The translations under genes and the position numbers were made by a program. The notes beneath the pieces are model-generated. The model searched no databases. It worked only from the letters and a program-made list of their open reading frames with translations, and had not been told where the DNA came from. Of a stretch of DNA of 64,000 nt, positions 22,827 to 36,304 are shown in pieces; the first letter of the stretch is position 1, and each line of letters begins with the position of its first letter. Source of the DNA: Elsinoe ampelina (taxonomy: Eukaryota); contig ML992511.1 of assembly GCA_010093995.1 (NCBI GenBank), positions 171,917 through 235,916 on the forward strand. The letters are read 5' to 3'.

Positions 22827-25800
22827 ATGCCTCGTCCTCACTTTGCTTCACACCTATCCCTAAAACGCCTTTACAGCTCTGGTTCAAATAACAACTCAAA
22901 GGCCGACTTGAACGGGGCTACCACTCCTGGAAGTCAGACAAACGGTGCTTCAAGTCCAACCAAGATGAAAGAGCACGGAGAGAAGCCCGCCATCTTGACT
23001 CTGCATGTTCAGGTCCTGAAGGTCAGTTGGTAGGATATCAGAAGGCATCACAGGCTCTGACATTGGATAGGCCAGAAACCTAGCACCAAAAGACAAGAGT
23101 GGATTGAGCGATCCTGTAAGTCTTACCACCAACAAACGCTCAATTGCTTCAAGCTGACCTAGTACAGTACCTTGTCATCAATCTTGGCGATGCAAGAGAA
23201 GCAAGCTCCGTCGTACCTAAAACACTTAATCCAGAATGGAATCAGACCTTCAACCTACCAGTTTCCGGAATTGACAGCCTTCTGCTCGAAGTGGTCTGCT
23301 GGGACAAGGACAGATTTGGCAAGGATTACATGGGCGAGTTCGATCTAATCGTCGAAGATATCTTCAAGAATGGATCAACAACACAAGAGGTAAGACATGG
23401 AAAGTTTGACAACACGATAGCACAGTCTGACCCTGGTCCAGGCTCAATGGTACAAACTCGAAGCCAAAAAGTCTGGCAAGAAGAAGCCCGTCGTCTCTGG
23501 CGAAGTGCTCCTCAAGTTCTCCATTTCAGATCCCACCAATTCAACTGCTTCCCCGCAGCAGATCCTACAGAAATTCTACGGAGTAGCAGCCGAAGAGCCT
23601 CGAGAAGAAGATGACGATCTGGATGAACTTGCCAGGACCGATACTGTCGAAACGGCTGACTTGGACGACGATGACGAGAGCGAGGAGACTGGTCAGACCA
23701 CGCCCTCTGACGACTCCCACGACCCCGACAAGACTGAGAAGCGCAAGAGAAGGCACAAATTGGCCAGGCTGAAGAGGAAGACCAAGCTGCGAGCCTACGA
23801 GTTCAATGGCATCAGCGATACCGCGGGCGTGCTCTTCCTCGAGGTTGTGAAGGTCTCGGACCTCCCACCTGAGCGCAACGTGACGCGAACCTCGTTCGAC
23901 GTGGATCCATTTGTGATCACTTCGCTCGGGAAGAAGACATATCGTACTCGTGTCATTCGTCACAATCTCAACCCGGTCTTTGAAGAGAAATTGGTCTTCC
24001 AAGTCTTGAGACATGAAATCAATTACTCGCTGCACTTTACAATCATGGACCGAGACAAGCTCTCTGGGAATGACTTCATCGGTAATGTCGATCTGCCCCT
24101 GGAGAAGATCGTGGCTGCTCAGCCTGATGCTGACCCCGTTACTGGGCTTTTCAATTGCCAAGATCCTCCTGAGCATGGTATCACGCCATCGCCAGAAGCG
24201 AAGCGGTCGAGGTTCCGCCTACCCATTTCTAGGTCGTCCTCTTATACTAGTCTCGGCAGATCTCGCAATTCCTCCTCTCAGAACCTGCCCAAGCTAGTCC
24301 GGACAGATTCGAGCACGAGCAATTCTGGGCCCAAAAAGCCCTCGCTGAGATCGGAGGATTCGAGTCAGTCAATTGAGTCGATGGACGATGCTGCGCCGAC
24401 TAGCTCTCCGCAGCTTCGTAAAGGGTCTAACCAGTCCAATGGTCACCACAATGGAAGTGCTCCCGCTATTCAGATACAGGGGGACACGGCGGATGACCCC
24501 GACTTCAATGACTACAGTCTTCCACTGAAACTCAAAAAGGCCGAACGTTGGGAGTCCAAGCATAATCCAACCTTGCTGATCCGGGCCAAGTATCTGCCTT
24601 ACCAAGCTTTGCGACAACAGTTCTGGCGTGCTATGCTCCGCCAGTATGATGCTGATGACAGCGGTAAGATCGACAAAGTCGAGTTGACGACCATGCTGGA
24701 TACCCTTGGGTCGACCCTTCGGGACACCACGATCGATTCTTTCTTCACTCGATTCGCCAAAGACAATGGAGGCGAAGAAATCTTGACCATGGATCAAGCA
24801 GTCATGTGCTTGGAGGACCAGCTTCAGAAGTATCAATCCCACAAGTCGATCCGTGATACTATCAAGGGTAGCCTTCCTGCCGGTCTCGGGGTCAACAATG
24901 GTGCAGACACATCTGGTAGTGTCACGCCATCTGCTCCCAGCTCCAGCATTGGCACTCCACTCAACAATCAATCGCAGACATCGATCATCCCGGCCATCGA
25001 GACCATGCATCTTGACAAGGAAGGCGAAGAGGGAATGCACTTACCGGCCAACGATCTCGCGGATGGTGAGCGGGGTGAAGAACATGTCGTCGAGATTCAA
25101 GAGTGTCCAATTTGCCACCAGCCACGGTTGGACAAGAAGAAGAACAGCGAGGCCGACATCATCACTCATATTGCTACATGTGCATCACAGGATTGGCGAG
25201 CTGTCAACAATATTGTCATGGGCGGGTTTGTAACAAGCAGTCAGGCGCAAAGAAAATGGTACAGCAAGGTCATTACCAAGATTGGCTATGGAGGATACAA
25301 AATTGGCGCAAACAGTGCGAATATTCTTGTCCAGGATCGCATTACGGGACAGATCAACGAGGAAAGAATGAGTGTATATGTCAGGCTGGGAATCCGGCTC
25401 TTGTACAAGGGGCTTGGTAGCAAGGACATGGAGAAGAAGAGAAGTGAGTGTTGTGAGGAGTTCTTGATGAGCCGAGTGCTAATATGGGACAGTCCGTAAG
25501 CTTCTCAAGTCCATGTCTTTCAAGCAGGGCCGCAAGTACGACGATCCAGCTTCTGCAGCGCAGATTCCAGGTTTCATCAACTTCCATCAACTGGACATGT
25601 CTGAAGTTTTGTTGCCAACGTCCGAGTTCAAGACTTTCAACGAGTTCTTCTACCGTCAACTCAAGCCCACAGCGCGGCCCTGCTCTGCGCCGGACCGACC
25701 AGAGATCATTACCTCGCCCGCAGACTGCCGAAGTGTCGTTTTCAACAAGCTCGAAGATGCTCAACGCATCTGGGTCAAAGGTCGGGAGTTCTCCGTCGAA

Positions 25801-26468
25801 CGCCTGCTTGGGAATGCCTATCCTCAAGATGCGAAGAGATACAAGGGCGGCTCGTTGGGGATCATGCGTCTTGCACCGCAAGACTACCACCGCTTCCACA
25901 TTCCCGTGGATGGTGTCATGGGCGAGCCCAAGACTGTTGAAGGCGAGTACTACACTGTCAATCCCATGGCCATCAGATCTGCGCTTGATGTATACGGCGA
26001 GAACGTTCGCGTTCTGGTACCCATCGACAGCGAGAAGCATGGCCGCGTCATGGTCATCTGTGTCGGCGCAATGATGGTTGGCAGCACTGTCATCACAAGA
26101 AAGGGCGGTGAGAAAGTCAAGAGAGCCGAAGAGCTGGGTTACTTCAAGTTTGGCGGAAGCACGATTCTTCTGCTCTTCGAGCCTGGTGCTATGGAGTACG
26201 ACCAGGATCTTGTGGACAATTCAAGCGGTGCATTGGAGACACTGGTAAGCTACCCTTCCACGTCAAATTCGGGGACACCGACTGACAACAACAGATCCGC
26301 GTAGGCATGTCTATTGGGCACTCACCCAACCACGCTCCTCACCTGCCAGATATGCGCAAGGAGAACCCGACCATGGAGGAGCGACAGGAAGCCAAACGCA
26401 GGATTGAAGGTAGCTTTGCGCCGACGAGAGCCATTCCGACCGAGGCGGACAAGGCTTCAGTCATGTAG
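22827..26468 (+). CDS. PSD2: Phosphatidylserine decarboxylase 2 (C2 domains + EF-hand + PSD domain)
   Basis: Introns 23022-23070, 23116-23167, 23390-23441, 25444-25492 and 26245-26294. Two C2 domains (KTLNPEWN; RHNLNPVF), EF-hand YDADDSGKID, FKTFNEFFYR, RLAPQDYHRFH and the GGST autocleavage site. Confidence 0.96.
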
Positions 26469-26799
26469 ATTACCTAGATACCGATGTGTATTCTGCGATC
26501 TCGCCCGACCTGAGAGGAGGGGGAGATGTCAGCAGCGATGGCCTGGTGCCGTCGAAATGATGATGATTGTCCTATGTTCACATTGCCTAGCATTACCAGG
26601 TGCAGTCGAAGTGTAGCCGAAGTGTACACTATCTTAAAGTCGTCTAAACATTCTCTGCACACAAACATATGCCGTGGCTGACATTTTTCATGACGCTAAT
26701 AAATGTGCGAGCAAAGTTGTGTACCACGCAGCCCGCACTAGTCCCAATCGGTGCGAATTCCAAACACGCCCTCGCACGGACGCTCCCGTCTCTTTACCT

Positions 26800-27150
26800 C
26801 TCCATCTTCACACGCGCAGACAAACGGCCATATCAGCTCTCCGCCGTACATCGGGACACTCGACGTCGCGCATTGCTCACAACCCATCCAAGGACGCTCA
26901 TTCACCCGGCCCGAATGCGACGAACGACTCCATTGCTGTCCACCTCCGCCAAACCCGACCGCCCGCACGAGAGCGCATGACGACGCGACGCGCGCATTGC
27001 GATCCCTTTCAACATTGCGCCCACAGCAGACTTCGATCGCGCTGCTCCCGCTCGCAGAATCGCGCGTACCACCGAGGACCAGACGCGAGCTCTACCCCCC
27101 AGCAGTCTCGCGCAGCGCACGACGCGCTACCCCCCGGCACGCGCGCATAA
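26800..27150. promoter_or_regulatory. Cluster of ACGCG/CGCG (MCB-like) elements upstream of mis13
   Basis: About 8 CGCG-core motifs (e.g. GACGCGACGCGCG at about 26982, CGCGCGT at about 27061, ACGCGCGC at about 27139) within 350 bp before ATG 27182. Confidence 0.45.
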
Positions 27151-27181
27151 TCTTGAACCCAGCCGCGGGGAAAAGCAGGGC

Positions 27182-29083
27182 ATGACGTCCCTCCTCACGC
27201 GGTCTCCATTGCAGCAGCACATGCCGGCCATGAACCGCGGGGGCGTCGGTACGGCGGGGAGGAGAAGGACGGCGAGGCATTTTGATGAGGTTGAAGGGGA
27301 GGAAGGGGGCCCGGTCAGGAAGAAGGCGAGGAATGGGGATGAGGAGGGGGTGGGGGGGAATGGGGCGGGAGTGGGGACGGGGGCGGGGGACAAGGTTGGA
27401 GAGAAAGGGAAGGTGAATGGAGGGAAGGGGAGGAGAAAGGGTAGGTGATTGTTTCTGTTCCAGCGCGTGATGGGGGGAGGCAGGGGAGGTGATGGGGGGG
27501 GAAGAGATACAGGGAGCTTGAGAGCAGGACAGTGAGGGTTTGGAGGATTGCGCTGACGATTGTACAGTTTACGAAGAAGCGGATGAAGGATTCAATTTCT
27601 CGAGAGCAAAATCGAAGAGAGGGAAGAGCGGAGAGGCGGAGAAGAAATCGGACCCAGCACCAGTGAAAGCATCGAAACCTGCATCTCCACCACCGAAGAA
27701 GAGACCGCGAAAGACACTCCCAGTCACGCCGGAAAAAGACGACGGGAGACCAGTACGGAGATCCAAGCGATTATCGGGCGAGAATGAAGCGCGGGCAGCA
27801 GGAGTGGACGATCCGTTCGTGGAAACGACCACGCGAGCCGGCAAGAAAGCCGCAGCAAAGATACCCGCTCCGGCGCAAGTCGCGCAAGCCAAGCAGGTGG
27901 ACGATCGAGAAGACTCGCCCGCTGTGCAAAATGGGGGGCTGAATGCATTGCACGTATCGAAGAAGCGGACGCCGAAACGGATAGATTTGATTGAGAGCGA
28001 GACGCCAGTGATACGGCGGAATAAAGCCATGCGACAAACGACGGCAGATACGGGATCAAGGAGATCTTCGGCTGGACTGCGTGGAAAGCGAGCGAGTAGT
28101 CTCATTGATGCTGGGACGAGTAGTGCGTTGCCGCATACGGAAGTCGAGACGGGGGAGTTCTACAAGCACATCAGCCAAGATCTGGTGGAGCCGAGGCGGA
28201 TGAAGCAGTTGCTTGTGTGGTGTGGGAGTCGGGCGTTGGGTGAGAAGAGGGTGGAGGGCGAGGGAGCGGAGGAGGGGCAGGCGAGACATGCTGGTACGTT
28301 ATCAGACAGAAGCAGGAGCACTGCTCGCTATGGAGGCAAATGTGTGTCTTTTGAGGACGTGAAACTGACTTGTTTGACAGCGAGAACGATAGAAGAAGAG
28401 CTCATATCTGCATTCTCCACGCGCAACGACCTCAGCAACTGGTTCGACAGACCAGACGAAGCAGCAGGAAGTGTCTCTCTCATCAAGAAGCCAAACCCGC
28501 GGAACGTACAGAACGTGGCGAAATTGGCAGAGCTAGAAGCAGAGCTTGCTCGGTACGCCACCCCCTGTCCGTCCGCGCATCGCCCACTGACAATCCCAGG
28601 TTACACTCCGAAAAAGCCTCCTGGGACTCGCTCATGACCTCGATACCCGCTCCCTCTCCACCACCAACCACTACCCCTCAACCCCTCGAACCCCACACCA
28701 TCAACGCCTCCCTCCTCTCCCCCTCCCAGGCCGAGATCCTGTCCACCCTCCTCCAACCCCTGTCCAGCACCTCTCAACCCCCCTCCCAACCCAACCCTCC
28801 CGCCCCGGCCTCAACAGAAGAACAAGTCCAATCCCGCCTCTCCACGTCCGCCAAAGATCTGCACTTCAAAATCGACCTCTACCACGACTCGTTGCATAAA
28901 CTGGAACAGTTTGTGGACACGGCGGGACGGGTGGCGGAGAGGGTGCTGGAGAAGACGGCGGAGCGGTTGGAGGAAAGGGAGAAGGAGAAGAGGGAAAGAG
29001 GGGAGAGGGAGAATGGGGGCGTGAGGGTGGGGGAGATGGATGCGTTGAGGGCTTTGGGGAGGGTGGTTAATAAGAAGGAATGA
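27182..29083 (+). CDS. mis13: Kinetochore protein Mis13/Dsn1 (Mis12/Mtw1 complex)
   Basis: Introns 27441-27567, 28294-28380 and 28553-28599. Motifs DEGFNFSR, RRSSAGLRGKRASSLI, PHTEVETGEFYKHI, EPRRMKQLLVWC and KKPNPRN. Confidence 0.88.
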
Positions 29084-29322
29084 GCGGTGGGGGAGAGGGA
29101 GGGGCAGGGTGGCGTGAGGTCGGTATGGGATGAGGTGTGGGAGGTGGTGTCAGGCTGGAGAGAGGCAAGGGTGAGCGAGAAGTAGAACGAAAGGGCTGGA
29201 TTGAGGGAGGGCAGGTGTACATATTGTGCGAGCGGAGACGAGGCGGGTTCACGAGAGATGATTTGGATGCTTCATTCACCTGGGAAAATTCAATTTTTAG
29301 ATGCATTTCTGATTGCGTGGGC

Positions 29323-29338
29323 TTTTTTTTTTTTTTTT
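29323..29338. repeat. Poly-T tract (16 nt) between convergent mis13 and RRP46
   Basis: Direct read of the sequence. Confidence 0.9.
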
Positions 29339-29532
29339 GGGTGGCTGTCTTCTTTGCTCACTCTGTGACTCTAGATGTACGGGCTGTATCTGACACATGC
29401 AAGAGGACATGAGTCTTGCGCTGACCATCATGGGATGTGCTCGTCAATACCCTTGACAAGCCCGCGACGCCATCCACCGCATCCATGCCGTCATGACCAC
29501 ACTGATACCCACTGACAAGGAGCATAGACTGT

Positions 29533-30825
29533 TCAAGCCCTCCACCTCCCCACCTCCCTCGCCTTCTCCTCCACCGCACCTGACAAGACTCCTATGATAC
29601 CCCCCCTGCCGCCGTCGTCCTTGGTCCCTCCCGCAACCACATTCCCATCAAGACTCACACCCCCTCCCCCCTCCCCTTCCCCCTCACTGTCATCCATATC
29701 CATATCCACATCCCCATCCCGACCCGTGTGCCCCCCTCCCTTCCTTGCCTGTCCTTCAGACGTCGCGAGACACGCAACCCTCGCCACTTCCTCCGCTCCC
29801 TCCCACTCCTCCACCCCGAAACCCCCCTCGGATGCCGCGAGTAGTACCTCCCCTTTCGAGGAAAAGGCGAAAACATGAACTGATTTGGCCTGGAGGATTT
29901 GAGCCGGTGACGGGTCGAGGATGGGTGCTGTGCCGGAGGAAGGCGTGGAGAGGGCGGAGGGGTGGGATGGGGGAGAAGAGGGGAGGGCGATGATGGTGCT
30001 GGTTAGGGTTGTGGAGAGGGGGATGGAGGCGTGGAGGAGGGCGAGGGAGGTGGTGTTGAGGAGGGGGGGGAGGAGGTGGATGTGCTGTCGTTAGGGTTAG
30101 TGGGGGCTGCGGAGATGGAGATGGGTGGGGTTGGGGAGGGAGAGAAAGATAGGGAGAGAGGGTGGAGTAGACTGGTATGGGAGAGGAGGATCGGTGGGTT
30201 GGAGAATGGGGGGATGAAGGGAATGATGAGGGGAGGCAGGGGAGGGTGGAGTGGCAAGGGAGAAGGGTAGGTGGTGCAAGGACGGAGGAATCAGCATGCA
30301 AGGACGGGTCTGGGGCAAAGGAGAATGAGGAGCCTTACTGATGATGATCGTAGGTCTGATTCTGTCTCTGGTAGCGAGAGGATTTGGAGTGTGATCTGGA
30401 TCAAGGTCCGCGGGTGGAGGTGGGTGAGGATGATGTGCCGCACGGTGGAGTGTATGAGAGTCTCGAGGTGGCGCTCTCTTGGGCCTGTAAAGCGTCAGTA
30501 TGTCGATACTAGACCGTGTGACATGTGTTCATGTGTGTTTTGAGACGTCACGAGCTTTCCGATCAAACATCTTCATCTTCTCTGATGCTCGAAAGGGTTT
30601 GACATCGAGCATGAAAAATTGAGACAAAGGATGATTCGACGTACCGCCCACGCCCACAGCTGGTCTGACATTTACTTCTATGGCTGCTTCGTCTGGTAAT
30701 TCATCTCGTCGTTGCACTTCGACTGGACCGTTCACGGCGCATATCACGCTGTAGCCGGCGTGGCTGTATGTGGCGGACCCATCTGCTCGGTGCAATGGAC
30801 CCAACTTTGCTTCCGGCACCGTCAT
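29533..30825 (-). CDS. RRP46: Exosome core subunit Rrp46 (RNase PH fold)
   Basis: LHRADGSATYS..VICAVNGPVEV..RDELP..AIEVNVRP; intron 30485-30644; PRERHLE..HPRTLIQITLQIL; C-rich intron of about 250 nt; LLPPLLN..LALLHASIPL..SVHVFAFSS..SEGGF. Confidence 0.9.
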
Positions 30826-31151
30826 TGCATCGATGTTGAGGGAGTGAGACTTCGTATTATCTCCTGGTAAGTGTTGAATGGTGGTAGAAGATGTTTTTGA
30901 TTTGTGGTGGTAACTCTGTCAAGGTGGTTCGAAGACGTGGTTGGGGATCAGGTAGAAGGGGCAACAAATCCACGTGCATGGTGTGGCGACAAACGCTGAC
31001 ACGGCCACATCGCAGTCACGGCACGTACATGCTCATTCACATGGTAACTAACTCATTGACGTAGAAGTCTGGTATAGTGGATTCGCTAAAACTCGCCAAG
31101 TCATGGAGATCAGCACAAATCTCTCTCACTCTTCCCCAAGCATCATCCTCT

Positions 31152-34100
31152 CTACCTACTAAACCCACCAAGCACATCAGCCCTAGTCCAATCCACCTCC
31201 AGACCCTTCTCTTCATTACTATAAACCTCGTTGACGATCTTCATAGTCCTGTCCAACACTCCAAGATACTCCTTCTCGCACTCCTCGAGCACGACGCCGA
31301 CCAACTTCTGCGCGATCGCCCTTTCGTCGGTTGAGTCGCCGGACGAGTCGCCGAAGTGCTTCTCTACCCTCTTCCGTAGCGCGTCGATGCCCTTTCGGAT
31401 TTCCTTGCCGTCGTATGGTGAGAATGCTCGTTTGGCAGACGAGCGAGCGTGAGATGGCTTGGAGGCGATGCTGGTTGGATTGGTGGTATGCGCCATGAGG
31501 GATTCGGTTGACTCGATAAAGTCCTGTCAACTCGTTAGTAGTGCTCAACTTGTTACGTGGGACAGTAGACTTACAAGTAATTTGCCCAGCGGTCTCCGGA
31601 CAACCCGCTTGACGTAGAGATCGAGGTGTTCGCTCCTCTCCATCAACGCTTTGCCCTTCCAGTGTGCCAACACAGATTGTGCATCGCCCCCGTCATCCAC
31701 TTCCTCAAGATAGTGCATCATGTTCTCGATGAGCAGGATATGGTAGTTGAGAATTTCCTTGTCTTCAGCCTCGGTCGACTGTGCGCCGCCTTGACCGGTA
31801 CCTATTGTCGGGCTGTCTTTTGCGATCTGCTTGAGCGCAATCCACATGGCTTGGTTGATCCGTTCGTAGGCCTCGTCGACCATGCGTCGAACATCGAGCA
31901 CGGCTGGGTTGTTCCCTGCACTTCTTGCCGCACCAGTGAAGACGTTCTCTACAGCCATACTGAAATGCGGAAAGGTTCGGATGAAGGAGATGACACCTTT
32001 CCGCTTCTTCAAGAGCACTTTGGTGTCCTCAATGGCATGGACCTGAGCGTCGATGAACTTTTGGAAGATTGCTTCCAGCTTCGCAGATGCGTCCGAAAGC
32101 GAGCGCAGAAGAAACTCTTGACTGGTTTCATGTAGTGGTGCTGAGAAGACAGCGACAGACGCCATCATACCGATAGCTTGGATAGGATCTGTACTTGTGC
32201 TTTGATCGATCACCTTCATGAGCTCGACCGGCCAGAACTCGAAGACTGTCGACATGGCACGCTGAACATGGTCTGCAATCGTCCTGTCTGGCTCGGCGAT
32301 ACGAGGCATGAGAAGATCCGACGGGCCGCGTCGCTGCTCGGGTGGTGCGGACTGCACAGCATCTACAAAGTCGAGGTTTTCCAGTGACGTTGCGTGGAAG
32401 AGCTCGACGACGTAGTTTTGCTCCATGGCGAGTGTCGGCGCCCACTCTTGCAGCATGTCCGCGAATGCTTCGCACGGCGTTTGCCGACCAGCTTGCAGCA
32501 TCTTGGCTTTCTCGCCACTGGCTGATCGCATGTTCTTTGCAAGAGTCTGTGATCGCTTCATGGTAAGTTTGCGAGCAGTGCCGCCCTCAGATGTCTCTTT
32601 CTCGGCCGTCGTGAACAGAACATCGCCCTCGTCGCCAGCAGAAGGCCGCACATTCTTCTTATGACTCTCCAGTGCGGTCATGAAGACGGTAGTATATAAT
32701 GGTCGAGCAATGTCGGTGTACGTGTTGAGCACATGTCGCCATGCAGGCTGATTAACTTCCTTGGTATAGAGGATGAGTGGACTGTATTGCCACAGCCCAG
32801 CACGTGCTGCGTTGCAGGCAGCAGGATGTAGGTTCCATGGTGCACTCCTGCCGCTTGCCGAAGGCTTCAACAAGGTCGGTATGGCTTGACTAAGTGAGAC
32901 GTCAAAGGCAGAGCCGAGCCTACTGACAAGTCGCTGACAGAAACGATCGCTTTCAGCCAGATACATGTCTCGCTTCTCTTGCAAGGCATGCATGTTGGCG
33001 AGCTCAGAGTGTTCTGAGTTGTCGTTCCTGGGACGGCCGAGATCCGAAAGGGAATTGGCTGATCTGACCGTGGGATCGATGGTGAGCATTGCTTGATAAA
33101 GTAATACCAGATTGCCCTCGATAATGTCTAGATCTGAGTCGAAAGATCCCTGTTCGAGTGCTTCGAGCTGATCTGGTGTGATGGAGATTGTGCTGACAAG
33201 GTTTTGCAATTCGGCATGCAAAATCTTCTGGTTAGCAGTCTGAACTTGCAGACCTTGGGATTGTGCCTCGATAAAGGCAATGTCCTCGTTCAGTGTACCA
33301 AGCTCGACACTGTACAAAGTCAAAAGACCATCGAGCTCGTCACATTCTGCGATAGCGCGATCCAGCATGCGATCGACAAGACCGACACGGTCGTCCTTCT
33401 GCTCAACATGATGCAGCCAACTGCCTGCTTCTACACGACCGATCTCGCGCTTGATGCCTGCCTCTAATTGATCAATCTTGTTTGGCTGAAGGATATCATT
33501 ACCCCAGCCGAACTGTGACAAGATCGATTCAAATTCGAGACCCTTCGTCTCGAACAGTGCAGGGTCAATACCCAGTGAAGCGAGGTACTTCTCTTGTTGA
33601 GGCGTTCGTCGTTTCGGCTTGACTACAGGTCGAGCTTCTTGTTTGGCATCCTTGGTAATTCCAAGTGCATCTGGCGCATCGGAGTCCTCAATAGCTGGCG
33701 GGGTTTCGACTGGAGGCGTCGTTCCTGGCTGCGGGCTTCCCATTAGCTTGCCTAAGAGATTCGTCGAGCCTTTCCTAGACATTTGCGGCGACTCTTTCTC
33801 ACTCATGGCGCTGACTACAGAGTTGTTGCGACTAGCTTCCAAATTTGCTGTTCGCAGTGGAGCTGGCATGACACCATGCACACCATCTTGTTCATCTTTC
33901 TGACCGACACTCTTCAAGCGTTCAGCCGCACCTCCTGCACGCGGTTTGAAAGCGTTCGCGGCCGCGGCAGCTTTCCTGAACGTATCCGCAACGTTACGCT
34001 TTTTGAACATTGGTCCGAGTCCAGGACGGGAAGCGTCCTCTTCGGTCTTTTCAGTATCAGGCGTCTGTAATTCTGGCGTGGCTGCTGGTGACGGTGAAGG

Positions 34101-35805
34101 AGCTTCGGTCGGGGTTGGAGCAGGTTCTATTTTGGGGGCTTCTGCTTTTGGCGGCTCGTCCTTGACTGGTTCCGGAACTCTCTTGAACGGTGACTGTTCG
34201 CGCTGCGCGGAGGGCATTGGCGAAGGTAAATTCGAGCCAGTAGGCGTCTCAATAAAAGCACCTGGCAGTCTCGGACTTGTTGGGGTGTTTCCCGACGCTG
34301 ATCGCGTGGTCAAAGGTGGCGGCTTGAGATCGTCACTCTCATACGCAGCCTGAGAGCTGAGGTTCCTGCCCGCCAACGGAGGTCTTCTACGTTCTGGTAG
34401 ATTACTTTGGTCAGGTAGCGTCCCATCGTCGCTGGGCGCAAACCGACTATCTGCTGAGTTGTTGCGATCTGGTCCTGGGGGTTTCTTCAATCGGCCGTTC
34501 GCTTCAGGTGTCGCAGGCCCACCGATCGGGGCCCATCTGTCCTTGATTGAGCCATTTGGTCGAGGTTCTTCAGATACTCCGCGCGACACGAACGGACTCG
34601 AATTGGGTGGCTTGACAGATGCTGCTGTTCCCCTCGAAGACATTGAAATTTGAGATCCTGCAGGTGACACGCCTCGTGCCCTGAGGTCGCCTCTCGAACC
34701 CTGTGGGCTGAGCCTACCATTCCGTGGCTGCTCTGGCGGACGCATACGATCTGGATCTTGCAGACCCTCTGTGCTCGGTTTCCGCATTCGTTCTCTGCTG
34801 TGCGCAGTTCTGATCCCTAGACCTTGTTCGGACGGTCGTCGCTGCTCATGTGACGGACGCCGCTGATGTCCGTAAGCTGCTCTACTCGGATCCAGGTTCT
34901 GAGGGGGAGGGGATCCTTGTGAAACAAAACGTCGAGCGCTTGGAGGCAGCCCTGGGGATGTACTCGAGGCTGTAGAGGGCGTGAATTTGTCGTTGTTCAG
35001 TGATTGATTCCTAGCGTCCGTATCACGGGATGCCGGCCGAGATCGCTGCGCAAAAGGCGCATTGGGAGCACCTGGTGTTGAATCGACAGATGGTCCCCGG
35101 GTCTGGGGTGTCTGGCTCGGTGTCTGTCCGAACATCTGATCCTTCTCTTGCTCGTCAAAGCCAACCAAATCGGGCACTCGCCCCTTGGTGTACTTCCTGA
35201 AGATTTTGACCAGACTAGCCATGAAGAAATCCCTCTCCTTTGCGGTTCCTGCTTGCCAATAGTAAGGTTTGCCGATTGTGACCACGAAGCCCAAACTGCC
35301 TGCTCGCTGACAATTGTTTCTCCGATTCTGATCTGCATCTGGCGCAATGTAGTTGAACGATTCAATTGCGGTAAGGTCTTCCAGGTTCCAGGTCTTGCCA
35401 ATCGAAAAGGATCCATTGTGGTTCTCTCGGGCTTTGTGTACTCGGACTCGACCAGTGCTGCGTACTGATACTATGATAACGCGTGCCTTTTTGTTGTCCG
35501 GAGAAGAGTCTATCGGAGGTGGCATAGAAGGGTAAGCTCCATCTTCCTCTATCCTGAGATGTGTGATGTACGATTCGGCCTCTGCGAATGTGTTAGAGCG
35601 GTATGCATAGAGCATCGATTGACAAACGTTGTCCATGCTCGTCCATCTTTGCAAAGCAGCTCTCCTGTATTCGCTGCTTCTCGCTTTCGAACCTTTGAGC
35701 GCGACTCTGATTCGAGTTCGAGTTCGGGGTATGGGACATTGGCGGCCGAGTCTGGCCATCAATGGGTGGTCGTGACCCTTGTGGGAAGCCATTGCTGCGA
35801 TTCAT
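31152..35805 (-). CDS. SEC3: Exocyst component Sec3
   Basis: SRAQRFESEKQRIQESCF, intron, ESYITHLRIEED..HKAREN..FSIGKTWNLEDL..KPYYW (Sec3 PH-like domain). Also IAFIEAQSQGLQVQTANQ, KKRKGVISFIR, LNYHILLIENM and RKRVEKHF; a late intron lies near 31525-31575. Confidence 0.95.
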
Positions 35806-36304
35806 CCTGAGCTCAATCGAGAGGATATCGAGCTCTACACGGTCGCGTGGATGTCCTCGTCCGGATCATGCGGGCGATGTTGATGTGCTTGGAGTGCTAC
35901 CGTTTTCCGCGTTTAAGCTCCGTAGAACCTCCTCCATCTGACGTGGACCATGCTGCGGATATGAGAGCTCGTCCGGATCTGTTCGCGGTTCCAGAATTTG
36001 GTATCGCCTCTCCAGAATCGCGATGAAGGAGGTCGGATCGTCAGTATTGTAGCGGAAAGGAGCTGCTTCTCCCAGTACTTCGGTGTCGGCTGCTTTGGCA
36101 TAGATCTCCGCAAGTCGACGCAATGCTTGGCACTGCCAGGCAGTGATTGGTCCCGTCTGTCATGCGCAGAGCCGCATCTTATGATTTTATCCGACTATCC
36201 AAAAATTTCTCTCCGCATGCTCGACGATAGGCTTAATTTATACCGATACAAAGTGCTCGACACAAACTGCTAGTATCTTTCCAACGAGCGCGTATACATA
36301 AGCC

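Noticed and set aside
30000..30100. TTAGGG telomere-like hexamers
   Set aside because: Only 1-2 copies; one is the CTAAC branch site of an RRP46 intron and the other lies in coding sequence.
35866..36123. 85-aa ORF upstream of SEC3
   Set aside because: Starts at TTG with an in-frame stop upstream and lies in the SEC3/SRP40 divergent promoter or 5' UTR.
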